From IMG/VR virus record IMGVR_UViG_3300035665_000004, positions 32,001-96,000 of that record: a DNA stretch of 64,000 nucleotides. One strand, given 5' to 3'. A program made the position numbers and the translations under genes. Below the pieces are notes generated by a model. It ran no database searches and was not told the DNA's origin. It worked only from the letters and a program-made list of their open reading frames with translations. The DNA is from a virus. Below, piece by piece: positions 29,368 to 39,019 of this stretch; position 1 is the stretch's first letter; each line of letters opens with the position of its first letter.

Positions 29368-29880
29368 ATGCAATACAATGAAAAATTATCGAATGAAAAA
29401 TTAGGTGCATTTCAACAAGTTTCATCTGGTTATGATATTGGCAATTTATCAACACAAAACAAATCATTTATAAAATCAAAAACTAAAAATCCATTATCGT
29501 TCAAAATTAAAGATATTGAAACTGTTGGTAACTCCAGTGAAATATTAAAAGTTTTATTTTCTAATGGATTAGTAGCAAGGATAATTAAATTCACAGATAA
29601 AGAAAATCGTGCCTCATCATCATTCGATATAGTTGATGAATTAAAAAAAGAAATCTTAGTCAATACCGATAAATCATTTACTGGTGGTACTGGTATAGCA
29701 GAATCATTATTCAAAATAAATTTTATATCTCAATGGGAGGTGCCAATATTTACAAAACTGTGTCGGGGTTTTATTTTAGGTGATCCAGAATCAATAAAAA
29801 AACTTATGTTTGACTACAACTTAAAAATAACAGAAGATACCGAATGGAAAATAAAAGAAATCATTGGAGTTAGCAAATGA
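29368..29880 (+). CDS. Hypothetical protein
   Basis: 170-aa ORF, coupled to the next gene. Confidence 0.6.
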   Translation: MQYNEKLSNEKLGAFQQVSSGYDIGNLSTQNKSFIKSKTKNPLSFKIKDIETVGNSSEILKVLFSNGLVARIIKFTDKENRASSSFDIVDELKKEILVNTDKSFTGGTGIAESLFKINFISQWEVPIFTKLCRGFILGDPESIKKLMFDYNLKITEDTEWKIKEIIGVSK

Positions 29881-30599
29881 AATATGCCCCCTATTCTTTC
29901 TCCAAGATTCAAACCTTTTTTGAATGTCAGAAAAAATTTGAATACACTTACGTTAATAAAATACCAATCGATTATGATTATGTTGACCCAATATACTTTA
30001 AAAGAGGTAGATTTTTACACGCCTATATAGCAGATAGATTAAATGGTGGTGATGGGCTAACTATAAGTCGACACAATATTGATATTGGTGAAAAACTAAA
30101 ATTAGTAGAATTTGCAGATGTAACATTAAACAATGAATATATCAGTCTAACTTATGATTTTAATACCAATAAGGTTGAATCATTCGTTGCACTAGATCAC
30201 GAATTAAAACCATCAAATAAAAAAAATAAATCGGCATTAAGTGGGTATATTGATTATTATGCTGTTCATGATGATTATGGAATGATTGTAGATTGGAAAT
30301 CAGGAAAATATCATAGTACCCCACACTACTTTCAACTCGAACTATATGCGATTTGGATCTTCCAAAAATACCCAGAGGTAACAGAATTAGATTTAGTGTT
30401 TTATTATGTTGAGCATAATAAATTTCAAGTCAAAACAATAAATCCCAATGATGTTTTTGAATTAAAAACCACCCTTTCTGCAAAAATAACTATCATTGAA
30501 AATACAAACACCTTTGAGGTAAACAAATCAAAAAAATGTACATCCTGTCAATTTTTTAATGTGTGTAATTCTGAATTTGGTGTTGTTGGTGATATTTAA
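29877..30599 (+). CDS. PD-(D/E)XK exonuclease, Cas4/AddB-like
   Basis: GYID, VDWKSGK and QLELYA motifs; one N-terminal Cys plus CxxC(5x)C at the C-terminus. Confidence 0.8.
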   Translation: MKYAPYSFSKIQTFFECQKKFEYTYVNKIPIDYDYVDPIYFKRGRFLHAYIADRLNGGDGLTISRHNIDIGEKLKLVEFADVTLNNEYISLTYDFNTNKVESFVALDHELKPSNKKNKSALSGYIDYYAVHDDYGMIVDWKSGKYHSTPHYFQLELYAIWIFQKYPEVTELDLVFYYVEHNKFQVKTINPNDVFELKTTLSAKITIIENTNTFEVNKSKKCTSCQFFNVCNSEFGVVGDI

Positions 30600-30650
30600 A
30601 AAAATGTATTTTTAAATCCTATATAATCATAGGATTTAAATACGAAAATA

Positions 30651-31091
30651 TTATGTGATAGTTTTATAACCACCACCACTTTTATTAATACTACTATAAA
30701 CTGAACCAATGTCAGTAGATATAGGTTTAGTTGCCACAGATTCGTTAGATGTATTCTGCTCGTTCATAATTTGAATAAGTGCTTTCTTTATAGCTTCCTC
30801 ATATATAAAATTTGATACTTGACCAGCAATGTTTGCGTAAGGTTTATTATTTTTCATAATCACCATTGCTGGAACGGTACTCATCAAAAAATACTGTGCC
30901 AATTTACCTGTTTCCTCATCTATTGCACAGGTATATATGTCAATTTTTCCACAAAATTTTTCATCAAAATTATCAAACATCTTGAAAATATTTTCTAAAT
31001 TTGGGAGTTTATTAGAATAAAATAAAATCATAAATGTTCGACCATTAAATAAAACATCATCGATAATATCATCGGTTATCTTAGCAATCAT
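30651..31091 (-). CDS. Thioredoxin-fold protein lacking CxxC
   Basis: ILFYS...LAQYFLMSTVPAMVIMKN matches the Trx fold, but there are no active-site cysteines. Confidence 0.6.
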   Translation of the reverse strand: MIAKITDDIIDDVLFNGRTFMILFYSNKLPNLENIFKMFDNFDEKFCGKIDIYTCAIDEETGKLAQYFLMSTVPAMVIMKNNKPYANIAGQVSNFIYEEAIKKALIQIMNEQNTSNESVATKPISTDIGSVYSSINKSGGGYKTIT

Positions 31092-31433
31092 ATTTTTTCT
31101 CCTTGGTATTATTAATCTACAGGATTATACAAAAAATATTTCTTAGTAATCTTTGAATTTTGTAGTTAAAGAATAAGATTTACTAGAATATGATAGTGGT
31201 GTTAAAACTATATATTAATAAGGTGTTTTTTTGCACATATTCCAACAAAATTTATTTCATATGTATATTCGTATATTATTATCAAATCTGAATTTAATTT
31301 TGGTTTTTGTTATTGCTGAAAGCAATTATTCCTCAGAGGCTCCTCTTTAATATTCTTTAATATCTATTCTTTAGGAAAATATTTTTCATTTTTATGCTAT
31401 ATTAATAAAGTGTTTTAACTGGCAAGATGTGAA

Positions 31434-31552
31434 AAATCCATTTTAGTTTTGGTTGTGGTGGGAAAAAATCAATTTTAGTTTTGGTTGTTTTGACATGAAA
31501 TCCATTTTAGTTTTGGTTGTGGTGGGAAAAAATCAATTTTAGTTTTGGTTGT
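31434..31552 (+). repeat. Four 23-bp iterons with exact 32-bp periodicity (putative replication origin)
   Basis: aaatc(c/a)attttagttttggttgt at 31434, 31466, 31498 and 31530, ~110 bp upstream of rep, with AT-rich flanks. Confidence 0.9.
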
Positions 31553-31662
31553 TTGCTAATTGAAACAAATTTTGCAAGTATATTCAAAATTGATAAAAAA
31601 CAATTTTTTTTATATAATAAAAATGTATAATATGATTATGAAATAATCTTTGAGGTAAAAAA

Positions 31663-32859
31663 ATGAAAACTCCCGATAAAATAAATACGGATCGGTATGA
31701 AGTAAACAAACCATCAGAACTGTGTCAAGTAATATTCATCAAGAATTTTAAAAATGATTTTGAAATTTACAAAATTAGTCCTATGCAATTGGATCTAATA
31801 AATGGTATAATTTATAAGGTTCGGGAAATCATAATTAAGGAAAATTTAAACATCGATGATGAAATTCCATCTACATTATTCGACATAAAACTAAATGATT
31901 TTGCAAATATGTTTTCCGCTTATACTAATAACGACTATAAGGTTTTACTTGAAAAACTTATAGAATTGTCAGAAATGAAAATTATTATAAATGCCCTAGG
32001 TAAAAATAAAGATATTGATGAAACAATCATGACTAGGTTTATTCATGAGATACGACTATCAAAACATAAACATCAAAAAAACCAAAGAATTAGAGTTGCG
32101 ATTTCTAATATTATAATTAACAGGTTTATTAACGTAAAAAAATATTTTTCCAAAATGTTTTTTACAATCCAATTTTCGATGGTATCAAAATACTCAAAGT
32201 TATTATATGAATTATTGAAAGATTATGAAAATATTAAAAAAATAGAATTGACTGTAAATTCATTGCATGATTTACTAAATGTTGTTGAACCAAACCAACG
32301 CAAATGGACATTATTTAATCAAAATATTTTGAAAAAAGCTGTCAATGAAATCAATGAAAAAGCAGATATTAAAGTTTTTTACGAACCTATTAAAGAAAGA
32401 CCATCATCAACTGAAAGATTGCAGGTAACAAAAGTTAAATTTGTTATCGAGAAACAAACGGAGTCAAGACTACAATCACTAGGGTTAATTCATGAATCGA
32501 TAAAATCCAATAAGTTCTATAATAAGTCGAAAAATAAATTAGACAAATTATTGAAAACTGGGTACAAACTAATCGATGAAGAAAAATGGATTGAAACCGA
32601 CATCAAAAACAATGCTGTCCGATATGATGCTGAAATAAGAATTGATAACTGGTTGAAAAATACACCACAAGATGATAAAAATAACATATATGCAATGCTT
32701 GCAAAAACACTTGATGATTGTGACGAACAATTTATTTATATTGATGGATATTTAATTAGAGGAGTTTTTTCGAATGATTCATATACTAGAAACCCAATGG
32801 AAACTATTTCTGTAATGAATGAGTTGATCAACCAAATTTCTTCAAACTCAACCAATTAA
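31663..32859 (+). CDS. Plasmid-type replication initiator (Rep_3 / RepB family)
   Basis: SKYSKLLYELLKDY, LHDLLNV and NILKKAVNEINEKADIKVFYE winged-helix motifs; GAGG RBS; TGTATAAT at 31624. Confidence 0.88.
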   Translation: MKTPDKINTDRYEVNKPSELCQVIFIKNFKNDFEIYKISPMQLDLINGIIYKVREIIIKENLNIDDEIPSTLFDIKLNDFANMFSAYTNNDYKVLLEKLIELSEMKIIINALGKNKDIDETIMTRFIHEIRLSKHKHQKNQRIRVAISNIIINRFINVKKYFSKMFFTIQFSMVSKYSKLLYELLKDYENIKKIELTVNSLHDLLNVVEPNQRKWTLFNQNILKKAVNEINEKADIKVFYEPIKERPSSTERLQVTKVKFVIEKQTESRLQSLGLIHESIKSNKFYNKSKNKLDKLLKTGYKLIDEEKWIETDIKNNAVRYDAEIRIDNWLKNTPQDDKNNIYAMLAKTLDDCDEQFIYIDGYLIRGVFSNDSYTRNPMETISVMNELINQISSNSTN

Positions 32860-32915
32860 AATGAACTTCATTATTTTTTTGTAAAATTAATAAAAAAACA
32901 TGGAATAATAATATT

Positions 32916-35429
32916 ATGCTAAAAAATCCAAATCCAAATCAAGAAGTGATTGATTTTTATAATTTACTCAAAACCAATCCAGACAAACAGTGGTATGAAT
33001 ACGAGGAATACAAATTTGTATTAATTGCAGAAAAACCTAGTCAAATAAAAAGTTTAAGAGCCGTACTTCCTAAAGGGAAACATATCAAAATAATTTCTTT
33101 AGCAGGGCATATCATGAGATTAAAAAATTTTGAAGAGTACGATTTATCTTTAAAAGATAAATCCTGGTACAAAATGGTAAAAGATGATAATCTACCATTC
33201 ATACCCAATGAATTTGAATCAGTAGTAAAAGAAAAATCCACAGGTAAATTCAGAACAGATTACAATGAAATGTTTTTATCGTTGAAGCGTTCGACAAAAG
33301 AAGCAGATTTCATTATTTCGGTAGCAGATCCAGATAATGAAGGGTGTTCATTGATGTATCAACCAGTTGATTATGCTGGTAATAGTCAAAAAATTCTTGG
33401 TCAAATCAATATGTCGAAGTTAGATTTTTTCTCATTACAGGAAGAAATTAAAACATTTGATACAATCGATTATTTTAGTATGGCACAAGCAGGTATTGCG
33501 AGAAGTGAGTTTGATTGGACTTTTGGATTAAACAATACCATATTAGCATCCGTTCTATTAGGTGGCGGTCAAACATATCATATCGGAGGTGTTAAATCAC
33601 CAGTATTGAGAATGGTCTATGATAGAATCAAAAGTATTGAATCATTCAAACCTGAAAAATATTGTCAGTTTTTAGGTGAAGCAAAACATACAAAAACTGG
33701 AGTAGATTTTAAATACATTGTTAAAGTTAAACAAAATGATACCGAAATTATCAACACTCAGGATAAAATTGATATATTGGAAATGAAGATAAATGGTATG
33801 GACAAAGAAAACCCAGAAATATTGGGTGAAATAGGTAATTTATATGTGGAATTGGGAAAATTGCGATGGAAACTCAACGAATTAATTAAAGATTATGAAT
33901 CCTCGGAACGAGACATTTACAATAGAACTATACGTACCAAAATAGAAAATGTAATCAAAGATGGTATGAAATTTAAAATATCAAATTTTGAGACTAAAAA
34001 AGGGTTAACTCAAAATCCACCTTTGGCATACTCATTAACCGATTTACAGGCTGAGGCTGGTAACAGTCATAATTTTACACCAGCCAAAACATTAGAAATC
34101 GCACAGAAACTTTATGAAGGTCAATGGCAGTCTTATCCTCGAACGGATAACAGATATTATGCAACTGGTGAGATGGCAAATATAAAGAAAATAATTCCAA
34201 ATTTATTGGGATTAACAACTTTTTCTAATGTTAAAATACCTGTACCTTATAAGGTTAATACGGGAGTATTCAACTCAGCAAAAATTTCTGCTCATACAGG
34301 GTTATCACCAACAACCAAGGAAATAAAAGATTCATCATTAACTGGCGAAATGAAAACTATATATGATATGGTTTCAACAAGGTATCTAATTCAATTTATG
34401 GACAAATTTGAATACTACCAGGTAAAGTTGGATGTTGATGTTGATGTTGACATTTATATCACTACACATCAAAATATAGAAGTTAAAAAAGGATGGCGAG
34501 AATTATATAATCCTGCAAATATGTATGGTTTCAATTATGTACAAAAACAAACATTACCAAATATGTTAATTGGTGATGAAATTGAAATACTATCTATCAC
34601 TCGTGAAGATTTACAAACAAAACCATCACCAATGTTTAACGATTTTTCATTGTTGAAAGGTATGGAAAATATTGGTCGAATTTATTCAGAATTGGAGGGA
34701 TTAGAAAAAGGCATTGGTACACCGGCCACAAGAGCCAGTATCTTGGATCAGTTATTTAAGGCAAAATATTTAATTAAGAAAGGAAAAATTGTTGATTTGA
34801 GTCCAAAAGCTAAAATGCTCATTAAATTATTACCAGATGAAATGACATCACCAAAATTAAGAGCTGATATGGAAGCAAAGTTAAATGATATTATTTCCAA
34901 TAAAATAACCAAATTAGATTATGAAACTGAATTTAAAGAATTGATTTCTGACCAAACTAAATCTTTATATGAAATTTCAAAAAATAACAAAATAGAAGTC
35001 ATTGATAAAGCAACATTACCACCTTCAGATGCCCAAATAAAATTTGCAAATCAAATCGCAAAAGAATTAAAATTATCCATACCTAAAGAGGCTTTAAAAT
35101 TAAAAGACGAGATGATGCAGTGGTTGAAAAAAAATGAAAAAAATATGCCTCAACTTTTAAGTGAAAAACAGTATTTATTCCTTAAAGAATATGGTAGTGA
35201 CGATGAAAAAATTGTTTCGATCTTAGAGGCTCAAGATAATAGAACAATGACAAAAGAACAAAAGTTTGAAGCAAGTAAATGGTTAGGTTCGTTCATCAGA
35301 ACTAGCAAATATCAAAAATTACGTGCCGCAAAAGGAGCAGCTACTAAAAAAAGAAATAGAGAGGAAAAAATGAAATCTTTAGGTGTTGTTGTACCTGATG
35401 TAAAGTTGAAATCTTTAAAAAAGAAATAG
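32916..35429 (+). CDS. Type IA DNA topoisomerase (Topo III-like)
   Basis: TOPRIM AEKPS and ADPDNEG, catalytic SYPRTD, GIGTPATRASI, and C-terminal PSDAQ/SEKQ repeats. Confidence 0.9.
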   Translation: MLKNPNPNQEVIDFYNLLKTNPDKQWYEYEEYKFVLIAEKPSQIKSLRAVLPKGKHIKIISLAGHIMRLKNFEEYDLSLKDKSWYKMVKDDNLPFIPNEFESVVKEKSTGKFRTDYNEMFLSLKRSTKEADFIISVADPDNEGCSLMYQPVDYAGNSQKILGQINMSKLDFFSLQEEIKTFDTIDYFSMAQAGIARSEFDWTFGLNNTILASVLLGGGQTYHIGGVKSPVLRMVYDRIKSIESFKPEKYCQFLGEAKHTKTGVDFKYIVKVKQNDTEIINTQDKIDILEMKINGMDKENPEILGEIGNLYVELGKLRWKLNELIKDYESSERDIYNRTIRTKIENVIKDGMKFKISNFETKKGLTQNPPLAYSLTDLQAEAGNSHNFTPAKTLEIAQKLYEGQWQSYPRTDNRYYATGEMANIKKIIPNLLGLTTFSNVKIPVPYKVNTGVFNSAKISAHTGLSPTTKEIKDSSLTGEMKTIYDMVSTRYLIQFMDKFEYYQVKLDVDVDVDIYITTHQNIEVKKGWRELYNPANMYGFNYVQKQTLPNMLIGDEIEILSITREDLQTKPSPMFNDFSLLKGMENIGRIYSELEGLEKGIGTPATRASILDQLFKAKYLIKKGKIVDLSPKAKMLIKLLPDEMTSPKLRADMEAKLNDIISNKITKLDYETEFKELISDQTKSLYEISKNNKIEVIDKATLPPSDAQIKFANQIAKELKLSIPKEALKLKDEMMQWLKKNEKNMPQLLSEKQYLFLKEYGSDDEKIVSILEAQDNRTMTKEQKFEASKWLGSFIRTSKYQKLRAAKGAATKKRNREEKMKSLGVVVPDVKLKSLKKK

Positions 35430-35520
35430 ATGAAATAAGTTGATCTGAAAAAGAGAGGATTTAAAATTAATTTAAAAAAATAATATATTAATTAGACAAT
35501 ACAATCTATTAAAAATCAAA

Positions 35521-35551
35521 ATGGTGTGGAACAGAGATGTTTCCACACCAT
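35521..35551. terminator. Hairpin between convergent operons
   Basis: atggtgtggaa...ttccacaccat. Confidence 0.65.
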
Positions 35552-35666
35552 ATCAATATAAAAAAATTCACATAACACAATCAATTTAGTTAATTCTTTA
35601 GTTTAAAAAATTTACATCACAAAATGAAAAATCTACAAATGTAAACTCATAATTGATATTTGTGTA

Positions 35667-36746
35667 TCACGCAATGAAAGTTATTTTTATATACCCTTCA
35701 TAATCATTAAATGTGCCGATATTGGATATATTTGAACCATTAAATACGGTAGAATCATCAAACTTACCATCGCTAGTTGCAATGGAAGTGGCTGTATTAA
35801 TTATAAATGAACCGCCACCAATACCTGAAAGATAAGAACCACCCATACTTGTTTGACCACCTAAACCGCCAGAATAACCTCCACCTCCGCCACCAGAGTT
35901 ATTACCCGAATGTCCACCACCACCGCCACCAAAACCACCTTGTGCAGCATTAGTTGTCGAGTTTCCTCCGGTACAATAAAATGGTCCTGAAGCAGATGAA
36001 ACAGCCCCACCAACAAATGCTGCCCCGTGTGTGTATTGTTGAGCTGATGAATCAGTAGCCATTGCCGCAGAATTAGTATAACCTGGATAATCTTCACCAC
36101 TACCAAACCAACCACCTCCGCCACCACCATGATAACCTCGACCACCATAACTTAATGTTGGGTGTGTTCCAGATACCGATGGAGAATAATTGTATCCTGT
36201 AAACAATGGTTGTCTTCTAGTTTGACCATTTATATATTCTTGTGTAGTCATACTACTGTAAAATCCAGCACCACCACCAGCAACAATAATTGGTGTGTTT
36301 GTACCATAAAGACAAATAAATGAACCACCACCACCACCAGAATATGATGTTCCAGGTGCAATCGAACCTGTATCACCAGGTACTTGACCAACAACCATTT
36401 CTAACTTATCAGTTGTAGTAAATGGTATTCTTGCTCTAATTATTGCACCTTTACCATTAGTAGATGGCGTAGTATATTGGCCTCTTGCACCTGCGATTTC
36501 AATCTCATAAATTCCAGTTTTGGGAATTTGAAACACCTGATACCCCTGTGCTCTCCCTTGATAGAAATAATTGGTATTTGATGCCCATGTTTGACTACTA
36601 TATGTGGATTGTAATTGTGCTAATGTTGGACCGTGTCTACCAACTTTTCCACCAGGCGTAAATGTATGAGTCGTAAACCCAGTATATAATGTTGCTCCAC
36701 CACCTGAAGATGTATTACTTAAAAAAGATAAATTAATACCACTCAT
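35667..36746 (-). CDS. Glycine-rich-domain virion / fibre-associated protein
   Basis: GYQVFQIPKTGIYEIEIAGARG plus multiple GGGGG runs. Confidence 0.65.
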   Translation of the reverse strand: MSGINLSFLSNTSSGGGATLYTGFTTHTFTPGGKVGRHGPTLAQLQSTYSSQTWASNTNYFYQGRAQGYQVFQIPKTGIYEIEIAGARGQYTTPSTNGKGAIIRARIPFTTTDKLEMVVGQVPGDTGSIAPGTSYSGGGGGSFICLYGTNTPIIVAGGGAGFYSSMTTQEYINGQTRRQPLFTGYNYSPSVSGTHPTLSYGGRGYHGGGGGGWFGSGEDYPGYTNSAAMATDSSAQQYTHGAAFVGGAVSSASGPFYCTGGNSTTNAAQGGFGGGGGGHSGNNSGGGGGGYSGGLGGQTSMGGSYLSGIGGGSFIINTATSIATSDGKFDDSTVFNGSNISNIGTFNDYEGYIKITFIA

Positions 36747-37612
36747 GACACATTACCTGTAATTATACCAGTATTTGCATTATAAAAAAGAACAGTACAT
36801 AATCCGCGTGAAGCGAGTGTTAAAGATGTTTTTGTTGTATTTGAACCAGCAACATATGTTGTGATTGCAGAACAGGTAATTGTTAATGTGCTGGCAGTAT
36901 TATTAAATATTGTGATAATATCACCAGCAGCAAAAACATTTGCGGGTACTGTTATTGCCCCATTAGTTCCTAAACTTACAAATTTACCGATATCAGAGGT
37001 TGATAAAGTATATGATGATGTTTTATCTGTACCAGATAAAGGCATATTTCTATATCCAATATCTACTAAATCAATTTTACAATTCACTAAATTACCTGAA
37101 ACTGGCGTTCCAAGTGCAGGATTTGTTCCAAGTTTAGAATTAACAGTATTTGTCAATGACGTGATTGCAGCATTATTAGATGTTACATAACCTGCGAATG
37201 CATTATCATTAGTTGTATCAACTGAGTTAATCAAAGTAACAATTTCAGCAAATGAATCTTTATCAGCAGATGATGCTGATAAAATAGCATCAATTCTAGC
37301 TTTTTCACTTGCTAAGTTATTGGTTAATGTTGTATCCGCAGCTTGTCTAGCTAATACCTCATTAGTTAAATTAGTGGTTAATGTGTTATCAGCATTTGTT
37401 CTTGAAGTTGCTTCAGAAGCAAGATTATTAGTTAATGTTGTGATAGCTGTTTCTCTAGATGTAACCTCAGTATTAATCGCAGCTTGTCTAGCTGTTGCTT
37501 CATTAGAAATTGCAGCAGTTAAAGTAGTAACTGCTGCTTGTCTGGCTGTAGCTTCATTGGTAACTGCTGTAGAAACTACACTACCCATTTTTTTAAAAAT
37601 TGAATCAGGCAT
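36743..37612 (-). CDS. Short fibre-like protein with coiled-coil repeats
   Basis: NEATARQAA repeats; shares a 45-aa block with 4311..7601. Confidence 0.65.
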   Translation of the reverse strand: MPDSIFKKMGSVVSTAVTNEATARQAAVTTLTAAISNEATARQAAINTEVTSRETAITTLTNNLASEATSRTNADNTLTTNLTNEVLARQAADTTLTNNLASEKARIDAILSASSADKDSFAEIVTLINSVDTTNDNAFAGYVTSNNAAITSLTNTVNSKLGTNPALGTPVSGNLVNCKIDLVDIGYRNMPLSGTDKTSSYTLSTSDIGKFVSLGTNGAITVPANVFAAGDIITIFNNTASTLTITCSAITTYVAGSNTTKTSLTLASRGLCTVLFYNANTGIITGNVS

Positions 37613-37652
37613 TTTTTATCTCCTTTTTTGGTTTGAAAGTATAAGTTGATGT

Positions 37653-37660
37653 TATTTATT
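37653..37660 (-). promoter_or_regulatory. Putative late promoter (AATAAATA; a second copy GATAAATA at 37682-37689)
   Basis: 41 nt upstream of 37612. Confidence 0.4.
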
Positions 37661-37695
37661 TTTTACTAATAACACTAATTATATTTATCACTCTT

Positions 37696-37732
37696 GCCAC
37701 AAGACATCAACCTTTAGGTCGTGGATTCCTAA
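37696..37732. mobile_element. Second IS200/IS605-like end hairpin relic
   Basis: gccac...cctttaggtcgtggattcctaa: CTTTAG loop with an interrupted ccacgacc/ggt...gtgg stem. Confidence 0.35.
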
Positions 37733-37765
37733 CCAATTTTCAAAAATACAATATTTTCCCAATAA

Positions 37766-38809
37766 TTATTTTTTTGCCGGATTTTTAATCGGTTCAATAA
37801 TTTCTTTAGCATACCAACCTATTTGAAATTCTGTAGAATTTCTTTCTAATTGTTTAAGAGTGTTTTCACTACAATTCACAAAAATTGGGCAACCGTTATT
37901 TTTGTATGATTCAGTTAATTTACGTCTTGAGAGTTTATGTTTTTTGCAGAAATCATCAAAATTTCCATATGACGTACCAAACAAAGTACCATCCACACGG
38001 TAAACTGAAATCTTTTTAGAATTAGGGGAAACGTAAAAATCATAAGCATCAAACTCACGTTTGGTCACTACCTTATTTTTTCCATCTCTAATATCCAAAA
38101 CAGTTACTCTATCCTCAGATACATGTTTAAAAAATTCATTTTGTTCATATTCCATCTTAGAAACTAACTTGTATTTTTCAGCAATAACATCAAAAACTAA
38201 AACACACCCCTTATTTTGTCGAACATAATAATCGAATTCGTAAAATTCTTTAGTTGTTACCTGAACTGTGGTTCCATTTCTAATATCAATAACAGAAACT
38301 TTTCCAGTAGCCGCAGTAATATATTGATCCGACGAATTATATTCATTAACACTTATACTTTTGATAACGTTGTCTTTGGTATCAAAAACAGTAACGAACC
38401 CTTTTGTACAATGTTGGTAAAAATCAGTATTTTTTAATTCCTCTTTCACCACCAACTTTGTTAACCCAGTTCTCACATCAATAACTGGAACTAATCCTAC
38501 AGTAGTGAAACCATTACTAATTGATTTAACTTTGTTATAATATTCGGTGTTTCTTGAAACATCATACAATTCGTGTAATCTTATTTCTTCATTGAGTGCA
38601 TATTCTCTTGTTTCCCAAACTGATAATATTTCTTTTTTAAAATTTTCAATTCCACCAAATTTAATTGCATTCTTTAAAGGTGTAGAAGACCCCATATATT
38701 TCACATCTTTTTCTGGAGAAACTTTTGATGTTCTAACACCTATATAATATTTTTGGTTATCGATAGGGACAGTATTAATTATTTTGTAAACATAATGATA
38801 TTGTTTCAA
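37766..38809 (-). CDS. Free-standing GIY-YIG homing endonuclease (Seg-like)
   Basis: YVYKIIN...YYIGVR, YMGSS and EEIRL..YN motifs, then about six VxD(x)4-5VxxxE(F/Y) repeats. Confidence 0.85.
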   Translation of the reverse strand: MKQYHYVYKIINTVPIDNQKYYIGVRTSKVSPEKDVKYMGSSTPLKNAIKFGGIENFKKEILSVWETREYALNEEIRLHELYDVSRNTEYYNKVKSISNGFTTVGLVPVIDVRTGLTKLVVKEELKNTDFYQHCTKGFVTVFDTKDNVIKSISVNEYNSSDQYITAATGKVSVIDIRNGTTVQVTTKEFYEFDYYVRQNKGCVLVFDVIAEKYKLVSKMEYEQNEFFKHVSEDRVTVLDIRDGKNKVVTKREFDAYDFYVSPNSKKISVYRVDGTLFGTSYGNFDDFCKKHKLSRRKLTESYKNNGCPIFVNCSENTLKQLERNSTEFQIGWYAKEIIEPIKNPAKK

Positions 38810-38899
38810 ATTTTCTCCCTGTGCTAAAAATTATTAATTTCCTAACCATTATACAAACTATTGTATAATATAATATATTCTTATTAATTGGTAAAAAAT

Positions 38900-39019
38900 A
38901 TGTTGAAAAAAGTTAAAGTTAAATCGGTTAAAAAAATTGATTATTCTGGTAAAGTATATGATGTAGTTATGAAAAGTAACCCACATACATTTTTTGCAAA
39001 TAATATTTTGGTACATAAT
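38900..39019 (+). mobile_element. Split intein, C-half (40 aa)
   Basis: Blocks F/G end in His-Asn before Ser+1 (39020-39022); 8 Lys versus 2 Asp. Confidence 0.9.

Noticed and set aside
31434-31552. Direct-repeat array considered as CRISPR
   Set aside because: Spacers are only 9 bp and repeat themselves; the position before a Rep_3 gene fits iterons.
35430-35666. Intergenic gaps examined for tRNA or structured ncRNA (also 27360-27538 and 31092-31430)
   Set aside because: No T-loop/D-loop cloverleaf signature was seen, only terminator-like hairpins and AT-rich DNA. A covariance-model scan was not possible.
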